Source: Octopus vulgaris (taxonomy: Eukaryota). Taken from it: a DNA stretch of 64,000 nt. Where the stretch lies: NCBI GenBank assembly GCA_951406725.2, contig OX597820.1, forward strand, positions 3,224,001 to 3,288,000, given 5' to 3'. Below are positions 39,364-52,697 of the stretch, one piece after another. The notes beneath the pieces were generated by a model. The model saw only the letters and a list, made by a program, of their open reading frames with translations. It was not told the origin of the DNA and searched no databases. How positions within the stretch are numbered: position 1 is the first letter of the stretch; every line of letters starts with the position of its first letter. The translations under genes and the position numbers were made by a program.

Positions 39364-40600
39364 ATAAAGTCCGCTTTCCTATGTTGGCATGGGTTGGACA
39401 GCTCACAAGACTGCGTTGAGCTGCAATGACAGCTTTGGCACGATTTCTTCCAATGCCGACCACTTCCCAGCTTGTATACTGGAAGCATCTCTCATGGCTT
39501 CGGCACCAGTCGGCTCCACCAAGTAACTTGCAAGTCAGGAAAAGGGAAGAGAAAAGAAACGGGAAATAAAAAAGCCCCCCCCCCCCAACCTCGACTGACG
39601 GGAAGTATTTGATTTATGCGAACCGTCCTGGGTCGTTTGACCAACTTCCTGAACGCAATAAGTTTGGTGGACAAGAGTTAAGTTAAGCTGTCAGGTCAAT
39701 AAAACCAGCCGCAACACAAATTTCCCAATAGTTACAACAAGAAATGTTTTGTTAAGATATTTCCAGTGAGTTTCTCGCAACGTGTGTGACAGTCGTGAAA
39801 GTGACAGGCCTTCGTAAAAGAAAAGTTTGTTGATTTTAGAAATCAATAAGATCCGAACTTTGCCAGCTTTGTTCGTGCAGTTTCATGCTATCATTGATTT
39901 CTGTGTTGATTACCTTAAGCTGAATTTAAGGATGATAAATGTTGTGATAATTACTATATCAACGGTTGCTAGGTTTGTGTGGTGATGTTTGAGGATGGGA
40001 CAGAAGCAGAAAATGTTGTTAATGCCTGCCAGAAGATGGCCAGCTTAAGTACAACACGGTCGTTATACACACTGAAATATAGATTACACGGCACCTGTTG
40101 ATGACAGCATGTAAATTATTAATTTCAGAATGACTTTGGACATTTTCAAAACGAACATTTAGGATTATGCAAGAAATTAATTAAAAAAAAAAGCGATTAT
40201 ATATTTGATAAACTTATATACGTTGGAGAGATACAGATTAATTGTACATGTAATCAACAAGAAGAAGAAGAAGAAGAAGAAGTGGTTGTTATGTAATCCG
40301 CAAATACAATTTCAAAACACGTCTGTCTGGTCTCTAGAATTATCCAAATCATATCTACTGCTGTCACTCGGAGTTTATCTTATTTATGCGTGCCTTGACA
40401 AGTTGTTGGAAAACTATAATTAGTTTTAATTTTCATTAAGCTCTTCAACAGATTTAATTAATACGTCATACTTGACGAAGGCGAAAAGAAAACGAACAGT
40501 GGAATTATATTAGAAATCAGTTTGATTTTAAACAGAACTAAAGTCACTTGAACATTTCTCGTTGTTTAAAAGATTCTAATTTATTATCCTTCAAAAGACA

Positions 40601-40666
40601 ATGGAGGAAATTGTGAATTATCCAGAAGTCCATGAAAAACTCATGAAGCTTTCCTGCTATTCTCGG
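40601..40666 (+). CDS. Candidate first coding exon of an unidentified host gene (MEEIVNYPEVHEKLMKLSCYSR)
   Basis: Kozak-like acaATGG, 22 codons, then perfect donor G|GTAAGT, in a repeat-free stretch; no recognisable homology. Confidence 0.25.
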
Positions 40667-41964
40667 GTAAGTTACATTATATTCTTTACATATTTTATAG
40701 TAATTCAAATGAATCTGATTTTGGGTGAATTGTCTGATGCCGATTCACGCATCTTAAAACGGTTTGGTTTCAACTTATTCTCTGACAGGATTCTGGTGTT
40801 TGTTTCAAAGTCATGTGGTTCCTGTTTCAGATCTTCTACCATTTGCCTCACGTTGACCAGTGCCTTATTAGTAGAGTCTGGGACATGGAAATAGGTCAGA
40901 ATCCTATTCTTTTATTTGTTTCAGTCATTTGACTGCAGCCATGCTAGAGCATCGCTTTTAATCAAGCAAATCGACCCCAGGACTTATTCTTTGTAAGCGT
41001 AGTACTTATTCTATCGGTCTGTTTCGCCGAATCGCTAAGTTACAGGGACGTAAACACACCAGCATCGGTTGTCAAGTGATGTTGGAGACAAACACAGACA
41101 CACAAACGAACACACACATACACATACGATGGGCTTCTTTTCAGTTTCCGTCTACTAAGTCCACTCACAAGGCTTTGGTCGGCCAGAAGCTATAGTAGAA
41201 GACACTTGCCCAAGGTGTCACGCAGTGGGACTGAACCCGGAACCATGTGGTTGGTAAGCAAGTTACTTACCACAGAGCCACGCCTGTGCCTAATCTAATT
41301 TTAATGACTCATTTCTATAGCAAATATAACCACTCCTATGTATATATACATCACCATCATTTAACGCCTGTTTTCCATGCTTGCATGGGGAGCCGCATCG
41401 GGCTCCAGTCACCTGTTTTGGCATGGTTTCGGCAACTGGATGCCCTTCCTAATGCCAACCATTTTACAGAATGTACCGGGTGCTTTTTACGTGGCACCAG
41501 TCACATATACATCAGGTGTGTGTGTGTGTGTGTGTGCATTAATGTTTGTTTTTATGTTGTGTTATATGGGTCTCAAATTATGGCACCAGTCCAGGAATTT
41601 CAGGGGAGTGGGGTAGGTTGATTGTATTGACCCCTCTCCTCCCACAGGGTTCAGTTGATATCTATTTCATTAACCCAGTGAAAGAACGGAAAGCAAAGAT
41701 GATCTCAGAATTTGAACTGAGGACACAGAGATGGATGAAATGCTGTTGAGCATTCTGCCCAGTCTGCAAATGGTTCTGCCAGTCTGCCACCTTAGTGTTG
41801 TGTTTTAATAAAAACAATTTTACTTTAAATTGAAGAGTTTTGTAGAGCGTCTGTTTAGCATTCTTCTACAGGAAGAGAGGCAACAATGACTTTGAAGTCA
41901 TTGAACTGTTGAAGGCTAACCAGCTGGCACTTCAAAGTCACTGTCAGCAGTCTTTAAATCATGA

Positions 41965-42237
41965 CCCATTAATGCCCATGGGCATATGGCATAGTGGTTA
42001 AGAGCGCGGACTACTAACCCCAAGATTCTGAGTTCGATTCCAGGTAGTGACCTGAATAATAATATTAACAATAATAATAAAAATAACATCGAAAAATACC
42101 TTAGGAATGAGAACCCAGGTTCGAAATTTCCTCAAGACACCTGATGAAGGTTGAAGGATATATATCAGCCGAAACGTTGTGCTAACAACAAACAAGATGA
42201 GGACAAATATCCGTCAAATGTAAATAATGTAAATAAT
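41965..42237 (+). mobile_element. Stand-alone tRNA-head + (AAT)n + hammerhead element
   Basis: A-box tggcatagtgg 41987-41997, B-box gagttcgattcc 42030-42041, HHR 42136-42183. Confidence 0.8.
42136..42183 (+). ncRNA. Minimal hammerhead ribozyme, intact core
   Basis: gacac-CTGATGA-a-ggttga...tcagcc-GAAA-cgtt-gtgct; palindromic AACGTT stem III. Confidence 0.8.
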
Positions 42238-42569
42238 GGCCATTATTGTTGTTGTTGTTTGATATTCAACTTTGATCCATAATGAAAAGTATTCCACCCT
42301 TGACCATTTTGTTTTTCTTTATATCTAAAACTATTTTGCAAAATATGTGCATTCATTTTTTACGACAACAGAATGTGAATTGAGGGAAATGTGGGTGCTT
42401 TGTCTAGCAGGTCAAAGATCATCTAAAGTCCTCCTTATTGAGTATCAAGCTGGACTGGCTGCTGAGTTAGATGAGTTTATCACACCTCGAGTCATGCAAC
42501 AAAAGTAATTTGAAGAAGTTCTAACAATAATACCCAATCCATTTAGAAATTTAATATTCTTATTAATAA

Positions 42570-42785
42570 AGGCAGCGAACTGGCAGAGTCGTTAGCACAC
42601 TGGGCAAAATGCTTGGCAGTATTTCGTCTGTCTTTATGTTCTGAGTTCAAATTTCACCAAAGTCAACTTTGCCTTTCCTCCTTTCGGGGTCGATAAATTA
42701 AATTCCAATTGCGTACTGGGGTTGATCTAATCCGCTGCCCCCCCCCTCCACCCAAATTTCAGGCCTTGTGCCTAGAGTAGAAAAG
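42570..42785 (+). mobile_element. Full-length tRNA-derived SINE with Meta-like domain
   Basis: 17-bp TSD aatattcttattaataa at 42553-42569 and 42786-42802; A/B boxes; gtcaactttgcctttcctcctttcggggtcgataaa...ccaattg. Other copies near 41585-41792(-), 51400-51580(+), 53365-53540(-). Confidence 0.85.
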
Positions 42786-43024
42786 AATATTCTTATTAAT
42801 AATTTACATCCCAGAACAAATTCAACATTGCCATCATTGTCACATAATAAATAAATAAAAAACAATATTCGATGGAAACTTATGGAACGGAATGTCATAG
42901 TGTGTATCCCAGCTTTCAGTGTTGATGGTCACCATATTTATTTGTGCCATAAGGGACAGATAAAGGGGCATTTGGCATTCTAAACATTACCTGCAAAATC
43001 CCTTCCACCCCATGTGTCAGCTGA

Positions 43025-43240
43025 TGGGAAAATGAGGATGATGATGATGGTGGTGGTGGTGGTGAGGATGATGATGAGGATGATGATGGTGGTGGTGGTG
43101 GTGATGATGATGATGAGGATGATGATGGTGGTGGTGGTGATGATGATGATGAGGATGATGATGGTGGTGGTGGTGATGATGATGATGAGGATGATGATGG
43201 TGGTGGTGGTGATGATGATGATGAGGATGATGATGATGAT
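43025..43240. repeat. Compound (GAT/GGT)n repeat with ~33-bp higher-order period
   Basis: Direct reading. Confidence 0.85.
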
Positions 43241-43674
43241 GTCACAAGTTCCTAAACACATCATCCTGATCAGTTACATTTTCGGTGCCTGTCGAGAGTT
43301 TCCCTGGATCTTTTTGTTAAAGGTATTATTTAGTCCCCCACCCCAGTCAGCTCTGTGAATGTCAATCTATGAACAAAAACATTCCGTTTGTTATCATTCT
43401 GCCTCAGTTTTAGGAATAGTCTACTTTGGACTACATTATCCTGTGTGTCATTTTTAACATGGTAAGATGCGGTTTGAATGAAATTTGGCTGCTATATCTA
43501 ATAGGTTCAGTAGCCTCTAAGCAAAAGCTCAATCAGTAGATTGCCTCACACCTCGAGGAAGTGTCTTCGGCTATAATCTTGGGCCAACCAAAGCCATGTG
43601 AGTGGATTTGGTAGATGCATCATCATCATCATCATATATGATTGACATGCATGTCATATATATATATATATATC

Positions 43675-43983
43675 ACCATGGTCACCGAGACTGACCAGGC
43701 TATCAGATGTTGTTACACATCGCTGGTCACAATGCGCTTTGCATTGTTTCAGCCTTCAAAAGATGCCACCCCGCTGGCTAAGCGAGCAGGCCAACAGAAG
43801 AAAGAGTGAGAGAAAGTTGTGGTGAAAGAGTACAGCAGGGATTGCCACCTTCCCCTGCTGGAGCCTCGTGGAGCTTTAGGTGTTTTTGCTCAATAAACAC
43901 TCACAACACCCGGTTTGGGAATTGAAACCGCGATCCTACAACCACGAGTCTGCTACCCCAACCACTGGGCCATTGTGCATCCA
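43675..43983 (-). mobile_element. SINE sharing head and body with 28903-29288 but with a different 3' tail
   Basis: Same sequence through actttctctcactct, then unrelated. Confidence 0.8.
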
Positions 43984-44017
43984 CATACATACATACATAC
44001 ATACATACATACATACA

Positions 44018-44092
<75 letters not shown>

Positions 44093-44347
44093 AGGGGTTT
44101 GTATGATTGTGCATAGAGGGATATATATTATTCAAAGAAATTCCAACTCTGTTTTTTATGTTTTATTTATATTCTTTAGAATATTAATGTAGAATATAGA
44201 ATATATAGCATAAAAAGTATATATATAGTAAAATGAAATGAAGTATTGATTGTCTTATTGAATAGATGAAATATTGAATATAAAATATTAAGGGACTTGT
44301 ATACTTTCTTGCATTTAAGCAGTCTTCAAGGTCCCAGGTTGTGACAG

Positions 44348-44393
<46 letters not shown>

Positions 44394-44709
44394 ATATATA
44401 TGTAAATAAAATCATTACAAATATAGGGTAAAGAATTATTAATTTAATAATTAATAAATTTTGCCAAGTAGTTTTGGTATGGAAAGGGAACCATTATCGG
44501 TAGAAACTTTTACAAAAAGTTTTTTTTATATATAATTAAATATAATTGAAGGTTTGGCAACAAGTTGCTTCACACCGAAAATTTGGAAATAGCAGCCAAA
44601 GACAGCTAATTCCTTTTCACTACAGAATATGACTCCACAGATAACAATATTTGTAAGTCACATAGGTAAAAAGAAGAAAAATAATGAAATCAAATAGTCT
44701 TTGATTAAT

Positions 44710-44763
44710 TATGGACGCGTTTCTGGATTAGAATTATAAAAATTCATTTCCGTCATCAACATA
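44710..44763 (-). ncRNA. Degenerate minimal hammerhead (C3U)
   Basis: Minus strand: tatg-TTGATGA-cgga...tcca-GAAA-cgcg-TC-cata. Confidence 0.55.
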
Positions 44764-45402
44764 ATATTTCGAGAAATTATAAATCTGAAAATGCTAGGAA
44801 CCTACCCTTTGCATCCTGACCAAGCGCCATCGGAAAAATAACACAAGGTAGTCAGCATCATCCAAATTTATAAATGGTCTGGAAAGCCAGTGGCTGCACC
44901 AGACTCCAATCTGATCGGGCAATGTTTCTACAGCTAGATGCCCTTCCTAATGTGAACCACTCTGAGAGTGTAGTGGGTGCTTTTTATGTGCCTCCAGCAC
45001 AGGCGCCAGTCAGGTGGCACTGGCATTGACCACGTTTGGATGGTGTTTTTCATGTTCCACCGGCATGGGAGCCAGTCAGTGAGCACATATATTTCTATAT
45101 AAATATAAATCCGAGCATGGTCGTTGCCAGAGCAGCTGACTGGTTCCTGTGCCAGTGGAACCTAAAAGGCACGTTGGGTCAAACCATCCAACCCATGCCA
45201 GCATGGAACAAGGACCTCAAATGATGATGATGATGATGATAATATATATATAGATTTATAATAGTATAGTCTCTTCTATGCCTTTAATTGTTATTGTATT
45301 TTGTACTATTATAAATCTCTATATATGAATTCACCTTAACAGGTCTATAGTATAAGTTGGTCACTGATAAAATCTTCAACGGTTTTGTCCTTTATCATTA
45401 TC

Positions 45403-45503
<101 letters not shown>

Positions 45504-45789
45504 CACGCACACACATACACACACACACACACACACACATATACGTATATGAGGTGAGGTGGCTGAGTTCCTTTGAGCGTTGGGCCTCATGGAGGCAATG
45601 ACTAAGACCTTTGGCATTATGTCATCCTTGAGAAGAAGAAGACCCATCAAGGTGAGTAAAATTGCAGTTGTAGTGGAAACCAGTGTCACACAAATGGCAC
45701 CCATGCCAGTGGCACATAAAAACACCCATTACACTCTTGGAGTGTTCGGCGTTAGGAAGGGCGTCCAGCCATAGAAAACCATGCCAAAG

Positions 45790-45859
45790 CAGACTGGATC
45801 CTGGCGCAGACTGGATCCTGGCGCAGACTGGATCCTGGCGCAGACTGGATCCTGGCGCA
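45790..45859. repeat. 17-bp tandem repeat x4 at the end of an RTE tail
   Basis: cagactggatcctggcg repeated. Confidence 0.9.
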
Positions 45860-46149
45860 GTCAGGATACTTTTATACATTATATTATTGTAAAAAACTTT
45901 TTTTGTTCAATTTATTTGATTTTAGATTAATATTTTTGTGATGAATGTTTTCTTTGTATGATATTCGATTTTGTATGTTGTCTCACAGCATGGTTTTGGA
46001 CAAGTTCTTCATTGACTGAGTTGTGAAATGGTGGTTCTTCTCTAAATTAGTTATATATATATATATATAACTAATTTAGAGAAGAACCACCATTTCACAA
46101 CTATGGAGATAAGAATATGTATTGTCTGTTTGATGGAAGATTTCTATAA

Positions 46150-46237
46150 ATGGCTGAAGATTGCTCAACATTTTAAAACTGATGTAATACTTACAATGTT
46201 TAATAAACTGAAGTAGCATGAAACGATTGTACCACAT
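46150..46237 (+). ncRNA. Hammerhead-like motif
   Basis: atgg-CTGAAGA-ttgct...agcat-GAAA-cgattg-TA-caccat; stem I offset by 2 nt. Confidence 0.5.
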
Positions 46238-46775
46238 TACCTAAGATATACTTGTTGCTTATTTTGAATATATATATATATATATATATATCATCATCAT
46301 TCTTTAATGTCCATCTTCAATGCATGCATGGGTAGGATGGTTGACAGGAGCTGGCCAGGTAGAAAAACTACCCTAGGCTACTGTGTCTGTTTTGGCAGGG
46401 TTTTCACAGCTGGATGCCCTTCCAGATGCCAACCATGTTACAGTATGGACTGGATGCTTTTAACGTGGCACCAGCACTGGCAGGGTAACCAAGTAACACA
46501 CAAGGCAAGGAATTATGAGGTGGGCAGGGCATTTTTGTCAATGGATGACAGTTAGAGTGGAACTGAGTGGAACTGAGTGGAACTGAGAGACAGAAGCAGG
46601 TGTCCTGTCACAACAGAGGGGCCATTAGAGGAGGGGATCCCATATCAAATGATGAAAGGTTAGAGTGTAACAGAGAAGTAGGGAGGCAGAAATAGGTGTC
46701 TTGCTATAGGAGAGGTACATGGTTACCCAGTGAGAGAGGAGATAGATAGATAGACAGACAGACGGAGAGACAGAC

Positions 46776-46846
<71 letters not shown>

Positions 46847-47562
46847 CAGATAAATAGATAGATAGAGAGAGTGAGGGGGTATAGAAGCTAGCCAGAAGTA
46901 AGTGTGCTGATGTAAAGGTGACACTTGATTACCTAGTCAGAGGAAAAGCAAGAGAAGGAGAGAGAGAGAGAGCATAGGAAACGGCAAAGGTGTAAGAGAG
47001 AGCAGAAGAGTGATGGTGTAGTGTGAGGGTATACTCACAAGTAACAAGAATTTGAGTGTAGAACCTGGTTAGAAAAATAGGGTGTTGGGAGTGAAAGGAG
47101 CAGCGATACAGTGAGCAGGGCTGTGAAGGCAAGAAAGGGGATTGGTAGACAAATCATAGTTTATGAAGAGGAAATGAGAGGAAGAGAAAGATGCAGTTTA
47201 GAAGAGGGGTTATAGTTTGATTTCTTAGGGTAGAGTGGGGTGAAAAGTGTGTCGTTACATGGGGGTGGGACACAACTCTTCTAGCACTCAGTTTCGTGGA
47301 CGGGTCTTCTCTAAGACCTCATATCGCCAAACATCTCGGTCCATTGTCATTTCCTCCGTGAACCCCAGCAACCTAAGATCAATCCTCACCACTTCATACA
47401 CACACACAACATCATCATCATAATCATATATATATATATATCAAATATCAAACATATATTGTATTTAGAGATGGCCATTTTTTTTTGTTGCCAAATAAAC
47501 ACACGCATTATATATTTGTTCTTCACTCGTTTATTACTGTTCTTATTCCAATTCATGTCCAT

Positions 47563-47607
47563 TGTCCGGAAATCTTTCCTCACACATCTGTGACCTCTTC
47601 AGCAACA
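47563..47607 (-). ncRNA. Hammerhead motif in a dispersed repeat (second copy at 63371-63415, + strand)
   Basis: tgttg-CTGAAGA-g-gtcaca-gatg-tgtgag-GAAA-gatt-TC-cggaca; host repeat ~47470-47648 matches ~63330-63500. Confidence 0.65.
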
Positions 47608-47918
47608 CTTTTCGTTTTCGTGTGTGCTCTTGCTCCACTTACTCCATTCTGTTCGATGGGTTGAAATATGTGTTGTACTCAATAAAAGTCTAATACACAT
47701 TCCACCTCCTATTTTATTAATACCATTACCCCAACCACCACTGCAAAATTCCTTCAGTAAATCTACGGATAACAACAGGGAATCGAAACTGTGCCGGTGC
47801 TTTACTCATTGTCTACTTATACATTTCGTCTAATTTTTCCATTATATATATGTGTTTGTGTATGTGTGTGTGTGTGTGTGTGTGTGTATACACACACATG
47901 CATATAAAATATCAAATG

Positions 47919-47950
<32 letters not shown>

Positions 47951-48075
47951 TTTGTGAAATTTGATTTAGTATTTCTAAATTGAATTTTTCCCTGTAAGTT
48001 AGGAATAATATTCCCTCAAATTATATATATAATTTCCAAGGGTATGAGTAAGTATTCCATTTATGACTTACGTAT

Positions 48076-48136
48076 TAATCGCTGACGAGGGGAAAATTCT
48101 TATGAATTAACCCCAAAATTGGGACCAATACGGTTA
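48076..48136 (+). ncRNA. Full three-stem hammerhead with G12A
   Basis: taatcg-CTGACGA-gggg...cccc-AAAA-ttgggaccaa-TA-cggtta; lies between degenerate inverted arms 47953-48016 / 48386-48455. Confidence 0.7.
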
Positions 48137-48459
48137 TAATGGAATTTTTTAGAAATTTCTATCGGCATGTTTCGAGATGCATAAATTATAATGGTTATTG
48201 ACAATTTTGTCTTTTTTTTGACATATTTGGCATTAGAATTTTTCTTTTGCCCTTAAATTATAAGTTATTTATAAATTTAACCTTTAAAGGTATTTTTTGA
48301 TATGCTGGCCATTGATAAAAATTTTTTCTTTCAAAAAAAATCTTATCCTACATTAGTTATATATATATTAATATTATTAATAGTTAGGGAATGTAATAAT
48401 TCCAAGCTAACAGGGGAAAACAATTTCAATTTAGGACACTAAATCAAAATTCAGCAAGA

Positions 48460-49185
48460 GTTGGACTCAGTTTACAGATGGGCTGAGGACAATAATCTGC
48501 CGTTTAATGCTGAAGAATTCCAAGCCCTGCACTACCAGTATCCAAAGCTGGATATAAAACTTACAGGGTACACCGGTCCACAGGGGATTACAATCATCAT
48601 CATCATCATCTAAATCAGTGAGGGACCTGGGTATCAACATGAGTGGTGATTCCTCTTTCCAGGTGCACATTTCCAGGAATGCAACAAAGTGCAGAGAACT
48701 GACTGGATGGATCCTGAGAACGTTCAGAACCAGAGAGAGGGAAACCATGATGGTCCCCTGGAGGACATTTGTCCTCAGCCACATGGATTACTGCTCCCCG
48801 CTATGGTCACCCCACAGTGGACCTTGAAACAATCCAGCGAGGCTTCACAAAGAAGGTCATCTCATTGCAACAGCTCAGCGACTGGGAAAAGCTGGAACAG
48901 CTAAGACTCTACTCTCTGGAGTGAAGGTGGGATAGGTATGCGGTAATATACATTTGGGAGATTTTGGAAGGGATTGTGCCAGATTTTGGCATTGAAAGCT
49001 ACACAAATTCCAGAAGGGGTCACCACTGCACAGTGCCAAAGATCCTAACTTCAGGATCAGTTACTGCAACAGCCTGGGTTTCAAGGGCCCACAGCTTTTT
49101 AATATTCTCTCAAAGAGCCTGAGGGACCTACACAAAGTAGATGTAGGTCTTTTCAAAATAAAACTGGATCTCTTCCTGTTGAAAG
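48460..49185 (+). pseudogene. Degraded CR1-type LINE 3' fragment
   Basis: WAEDNNLPFN, VRDLGINMS, GWILRTFRTR, SHMDYCSPLWSP, LRLYSLE. Confidence 0.75.
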
Positions 49186-49187
49186 TC

Positions 49188-49396
49188 CTTGTTGTTCACA
49201 TAACATTTCGGCTGAAATACCCTCCAGCCTTCATCAGGTGTCTTGGGGGAAATTTCAAACCTAGGTTCTCATTCTTAAGGTATTTTTCAATATTATTATT
49301 ATTTAGATCACTGCCTGGAATTGAACTTGGGATCTTGGGGTTAGTAGCACGCACTCTTAAACATTATGTCATATGCCTGTGATCTGAATAATAGTA

Positions 49397-49456
<60 letters not shown>

Positions 49457-49496
49457 TCGAAAAATACCTTAGGAATGAGAACCCAGGTTTGAAATT
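49188..49496. mobile_element. Head-to-head pair of the tRNA-head/hammerhead element (minus 49188-49377, partial plus 49378-49496)
   Basis: Minus HHR 49197-49242 (gacac-CTGATGA-a-ggctg...cagcc-GAAA-tgtt); plus arm repeats gtgatctgaataat...gagaacccaggtttgaaatt. Confidence 0.8.
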
Positions 49497-50207
49497 GGTG
49501 GTGGGGGTGGGAAAGGGCGGGCGCACCGCGAATGGCGAAGATTTGGATTGGGGACAGTAGTGAGAAGAATTAAGCAATTGAGGACAGTAATGGTGAAGAT
49601 TTTCATTGGGGATGGTAAACGAACAAATTAACTTCATACCGGAGGGATGGGTTAAAAAAATTAAAGGATTATATTTCGTGGAGAAAAGAACAACTAGATT
49701 AGTGAATAGATTCAAACATTTAAGCGTTAGCGGCAAATGTATGTATGCAGTACGAGGATCGGAAGAAATAAAATGAGAATTCTTAGCTTGCTTTGGACAT
49801 CGCTGTGGTCAAAGAAAGAATTGATATTCATCAATTAAAACCAGTGGCTTAGTATATTTTTAAAATATCCAAAGATTAAAAATTTTTTTACATACAATAT
49901 ATATATATATATATATGTGTGTGTATGTATATGTTTGTGTGTCTGTGTTTGTCCCCCACCATCGCTTGACAACCGATGTTGGTACGTTTATGTGCCTGTT
50001 ACTTAGTGGTTTGGCAAAAGAGACCAATAGAATAAGTCCTGAGATCAATTTGTTTGACTAAAGGCGGTGCTCCAGCATGACCGCAGTCAAAATGAAGAAT
50101 ATTCTGTTGGAATGAGAGTTAATGATTAAATGAAATAACGAATCCTTTTCTTGTTTGAATAAAAATAGTTGCAGACCGTGTGAATGTAGCTCCATGTTTG
50201 GGTAGAG

Positions 50208-50262
<55 letters not shown>

Positions 50263-50314
50263 TATGTGTGTCTGTGTATCTGTTTGTGTGTGTGTGTGTG
50301 TGTGTCTGTGTGTC

Positions 50315-50355
<41 letters not shown>

Positions 50356-52327
50356 ATATAGTTGCTTGCATATGTGTCTTGTGTATAAGTGTATGCATAC
50401 ATGTATGTGCATGTATGTGTGTGTGTACATGCATGCATATGTGTGTATGCACATGTGTATACATGTATGTGTGCAGTATATGCATGTGCATGTATGAATG
50501 TATATCCGTGTGGACTCGGAAATGACTTCCCTAATATTAATATTATATTAAATATATATATATACACATATATAAAATTAAATAAGGGTAGAAATTGATA
50601 TTAATCAATTAAAACCAGTGGCTTAGTATATTTTTAAAATATCCAAAGATTAAAAATATTTTTACATACAAAATTTAGAGAACTGACCAATAGAAGTGGA
50701 CAGCCTATATGCTAAACATAGATGTTAAATCGCCATTACCACGAAGAATGTGTTCTCAAGAAAAACCGCAGCAAAAAAACAAAATATAAAAATAAGCAAG
50801 ACAAATGAAAATATACAAAATAAAAAAAACTATTACCTATGGTTTCACTTGTTAATATTTACATATATGGACAATATGTATATATATATATATGATGGGC
50901 TCCTTTCAATTTCCGTCTACCAAATCCACTCACAAGGCTTTAGTCAGCCCCAGGCTATAGCAGAAGACACTTGCCCAAGGTGCAATCCAGTGGGACTGAA
51001 CCCAGAACCATGTGGTTGGGAATCAAGATACTTACCACACAGCCATATTTTTTTATTATCTTTTTAATTTGTATATATATTTATTTTATTTATAAATACA
51101 AAACCACACCACGGTGGAATTGATGTAAGCTTAAATAATAAACCGCAATAGGTGAACCATGATATGGCGAGGGATTAATGTATACAGAGAAACCGAATCA
51201 GAAATCAGGTTAGAAAATGAGAAATATTGATTTTTGCCAGTTTGCCTCGTGATGTTCTGGCCACGACCGGTCCAGCAATTATTCTATCCAACCATTTATT
51301 GCCTATCACTGATCGAAACTTTATTATGGCTACCATGGAAAAAACATGGTTATTCGCAATAAAAATGAGGTGGGACAAGGAAGTCGGTTGCCAGAATCAT
51401 TTTCATGCTTAGCAAAATGTTTAGCGCCATTTTGTTGTCTTTATGTTCTGAGTTCAAATTCCGCCAAGGTTGACTTTTCCTTTCGTCCTTTCAGGGTTGA
51501 TAGCATAAGTACCAGTTGCATACTGGGGTTGATGTAATTGACTAGCCCCTTTCCTTGAAATTGCTGGCCTTCTGCCAACATTTGAAACTCACAATTATGA
51601 GGTGAAATAAATATACCGGGACTGTTCTGCTTGTTGCCTTTGCTATCCTTTGTGCTGCCAAAGATATCTTGGCTTGCCCGGCACACCACTTGCACCATGG
51701 CTTTTATCATCCTGGTAGTGTCACCCTTCAGAATATTGTCCAGGTTGATGTTTAAGTCCCTGTCCAACTAGGCTCAACTCTGATCTGTCGCTGGTGGCAA
51801 ATTCAGCCATGGTTTCTTTTTAGAGCCCTTGGGGTTTTCAAGTTTATCCCTTTCTCTTGTGTATTGAGCAAGTTGAGCAGAGAGGCCCCAGGCACTGTGG
51901 TTTACCTCTTGGCTTTGCACCTTGTATGTATGTGTGTGTGTGTGCGTGTGTGTGTGTGCGTGTGTGTGTGTGCACATGTACACTTGTATGAGCATGTGTG
52001 TATTACTGTCCCCTTGGCTTCACTTCAGATGGTCGTTGTAAACGAGTGTCACCATTTTGCAAGTGGTGCCTGCTGTTTCCTGTCTTCTGCGAAAACATGT
52101 CAGACCACGGGGGAAATATCGAACCTTACTTGGAAACAGGCGAGGATTGGTAAAGGAACCCATGTAGGCCATAGAAAATCCACTTCAACAAATTTCGTCC
52201 AACCCATTCTAGCATGGAAACATGGGCGTTAGGATGAGGATGCTGGTAATGATGGTGGTAGTGGTGGTGGTGGTGACAATGATGATGATGATGTTGATGT
52301 TGATGCTGTTGGTGTTGATGTTGATGT

Positions 52328-52697
52328 TGAGCGAAGCGGTCTTCGTCCCAGAGCTCGCAAGATGGGAGAAGTCCGAATCGTGATCCTTTGCTATTTGTAA
52401 GACCCACAGAAGAGAAAGCAGGTCACCCTCCGACACCAAGAGCATCGACAGATGGATGAATGCACATCCAGGCTTAGTGGTTGCGTAGGAAGTTGGGGAC
52501 AAGAAACAGGAAGAAAGAGTGAGAGAAAGTTGGAGCGAAAGAGTACAACAAGGGTTGCCACCATCCCCTGCCGGAGCCTTGTGGAGCTTTAAGGTGTTTT
52601 CGCTCAATAAACACACACAATGCCCGGTCTGGGAATCGAAACCGTGATCCTTTGACCGCGAGTCCGCTGCCCTAACCACTGGGCCATTGCACCTCCA
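52328..52697 (-). mobile_element. SINE with the same head and body and a third 3' tail
   Basis: Head gcaatggcccagtggttagggcagcggactcgcggtc; tail ends gaccgcttcgct-(caacat)n. Confidence 0.8.

Noticed and set aside
47738-47800. ctgcaaa-attcct...gggaatc-gaaa-ctgtgccggt
   Set aside because: Core too degenerate and no stem I.
49815-50671. ~80-bp direct repeats (49815-49896, 50590-50671) as LTRs
   Set aside because: No TG...CA ends, PBS or coding region; probably two fragments of one dispersed repeat.
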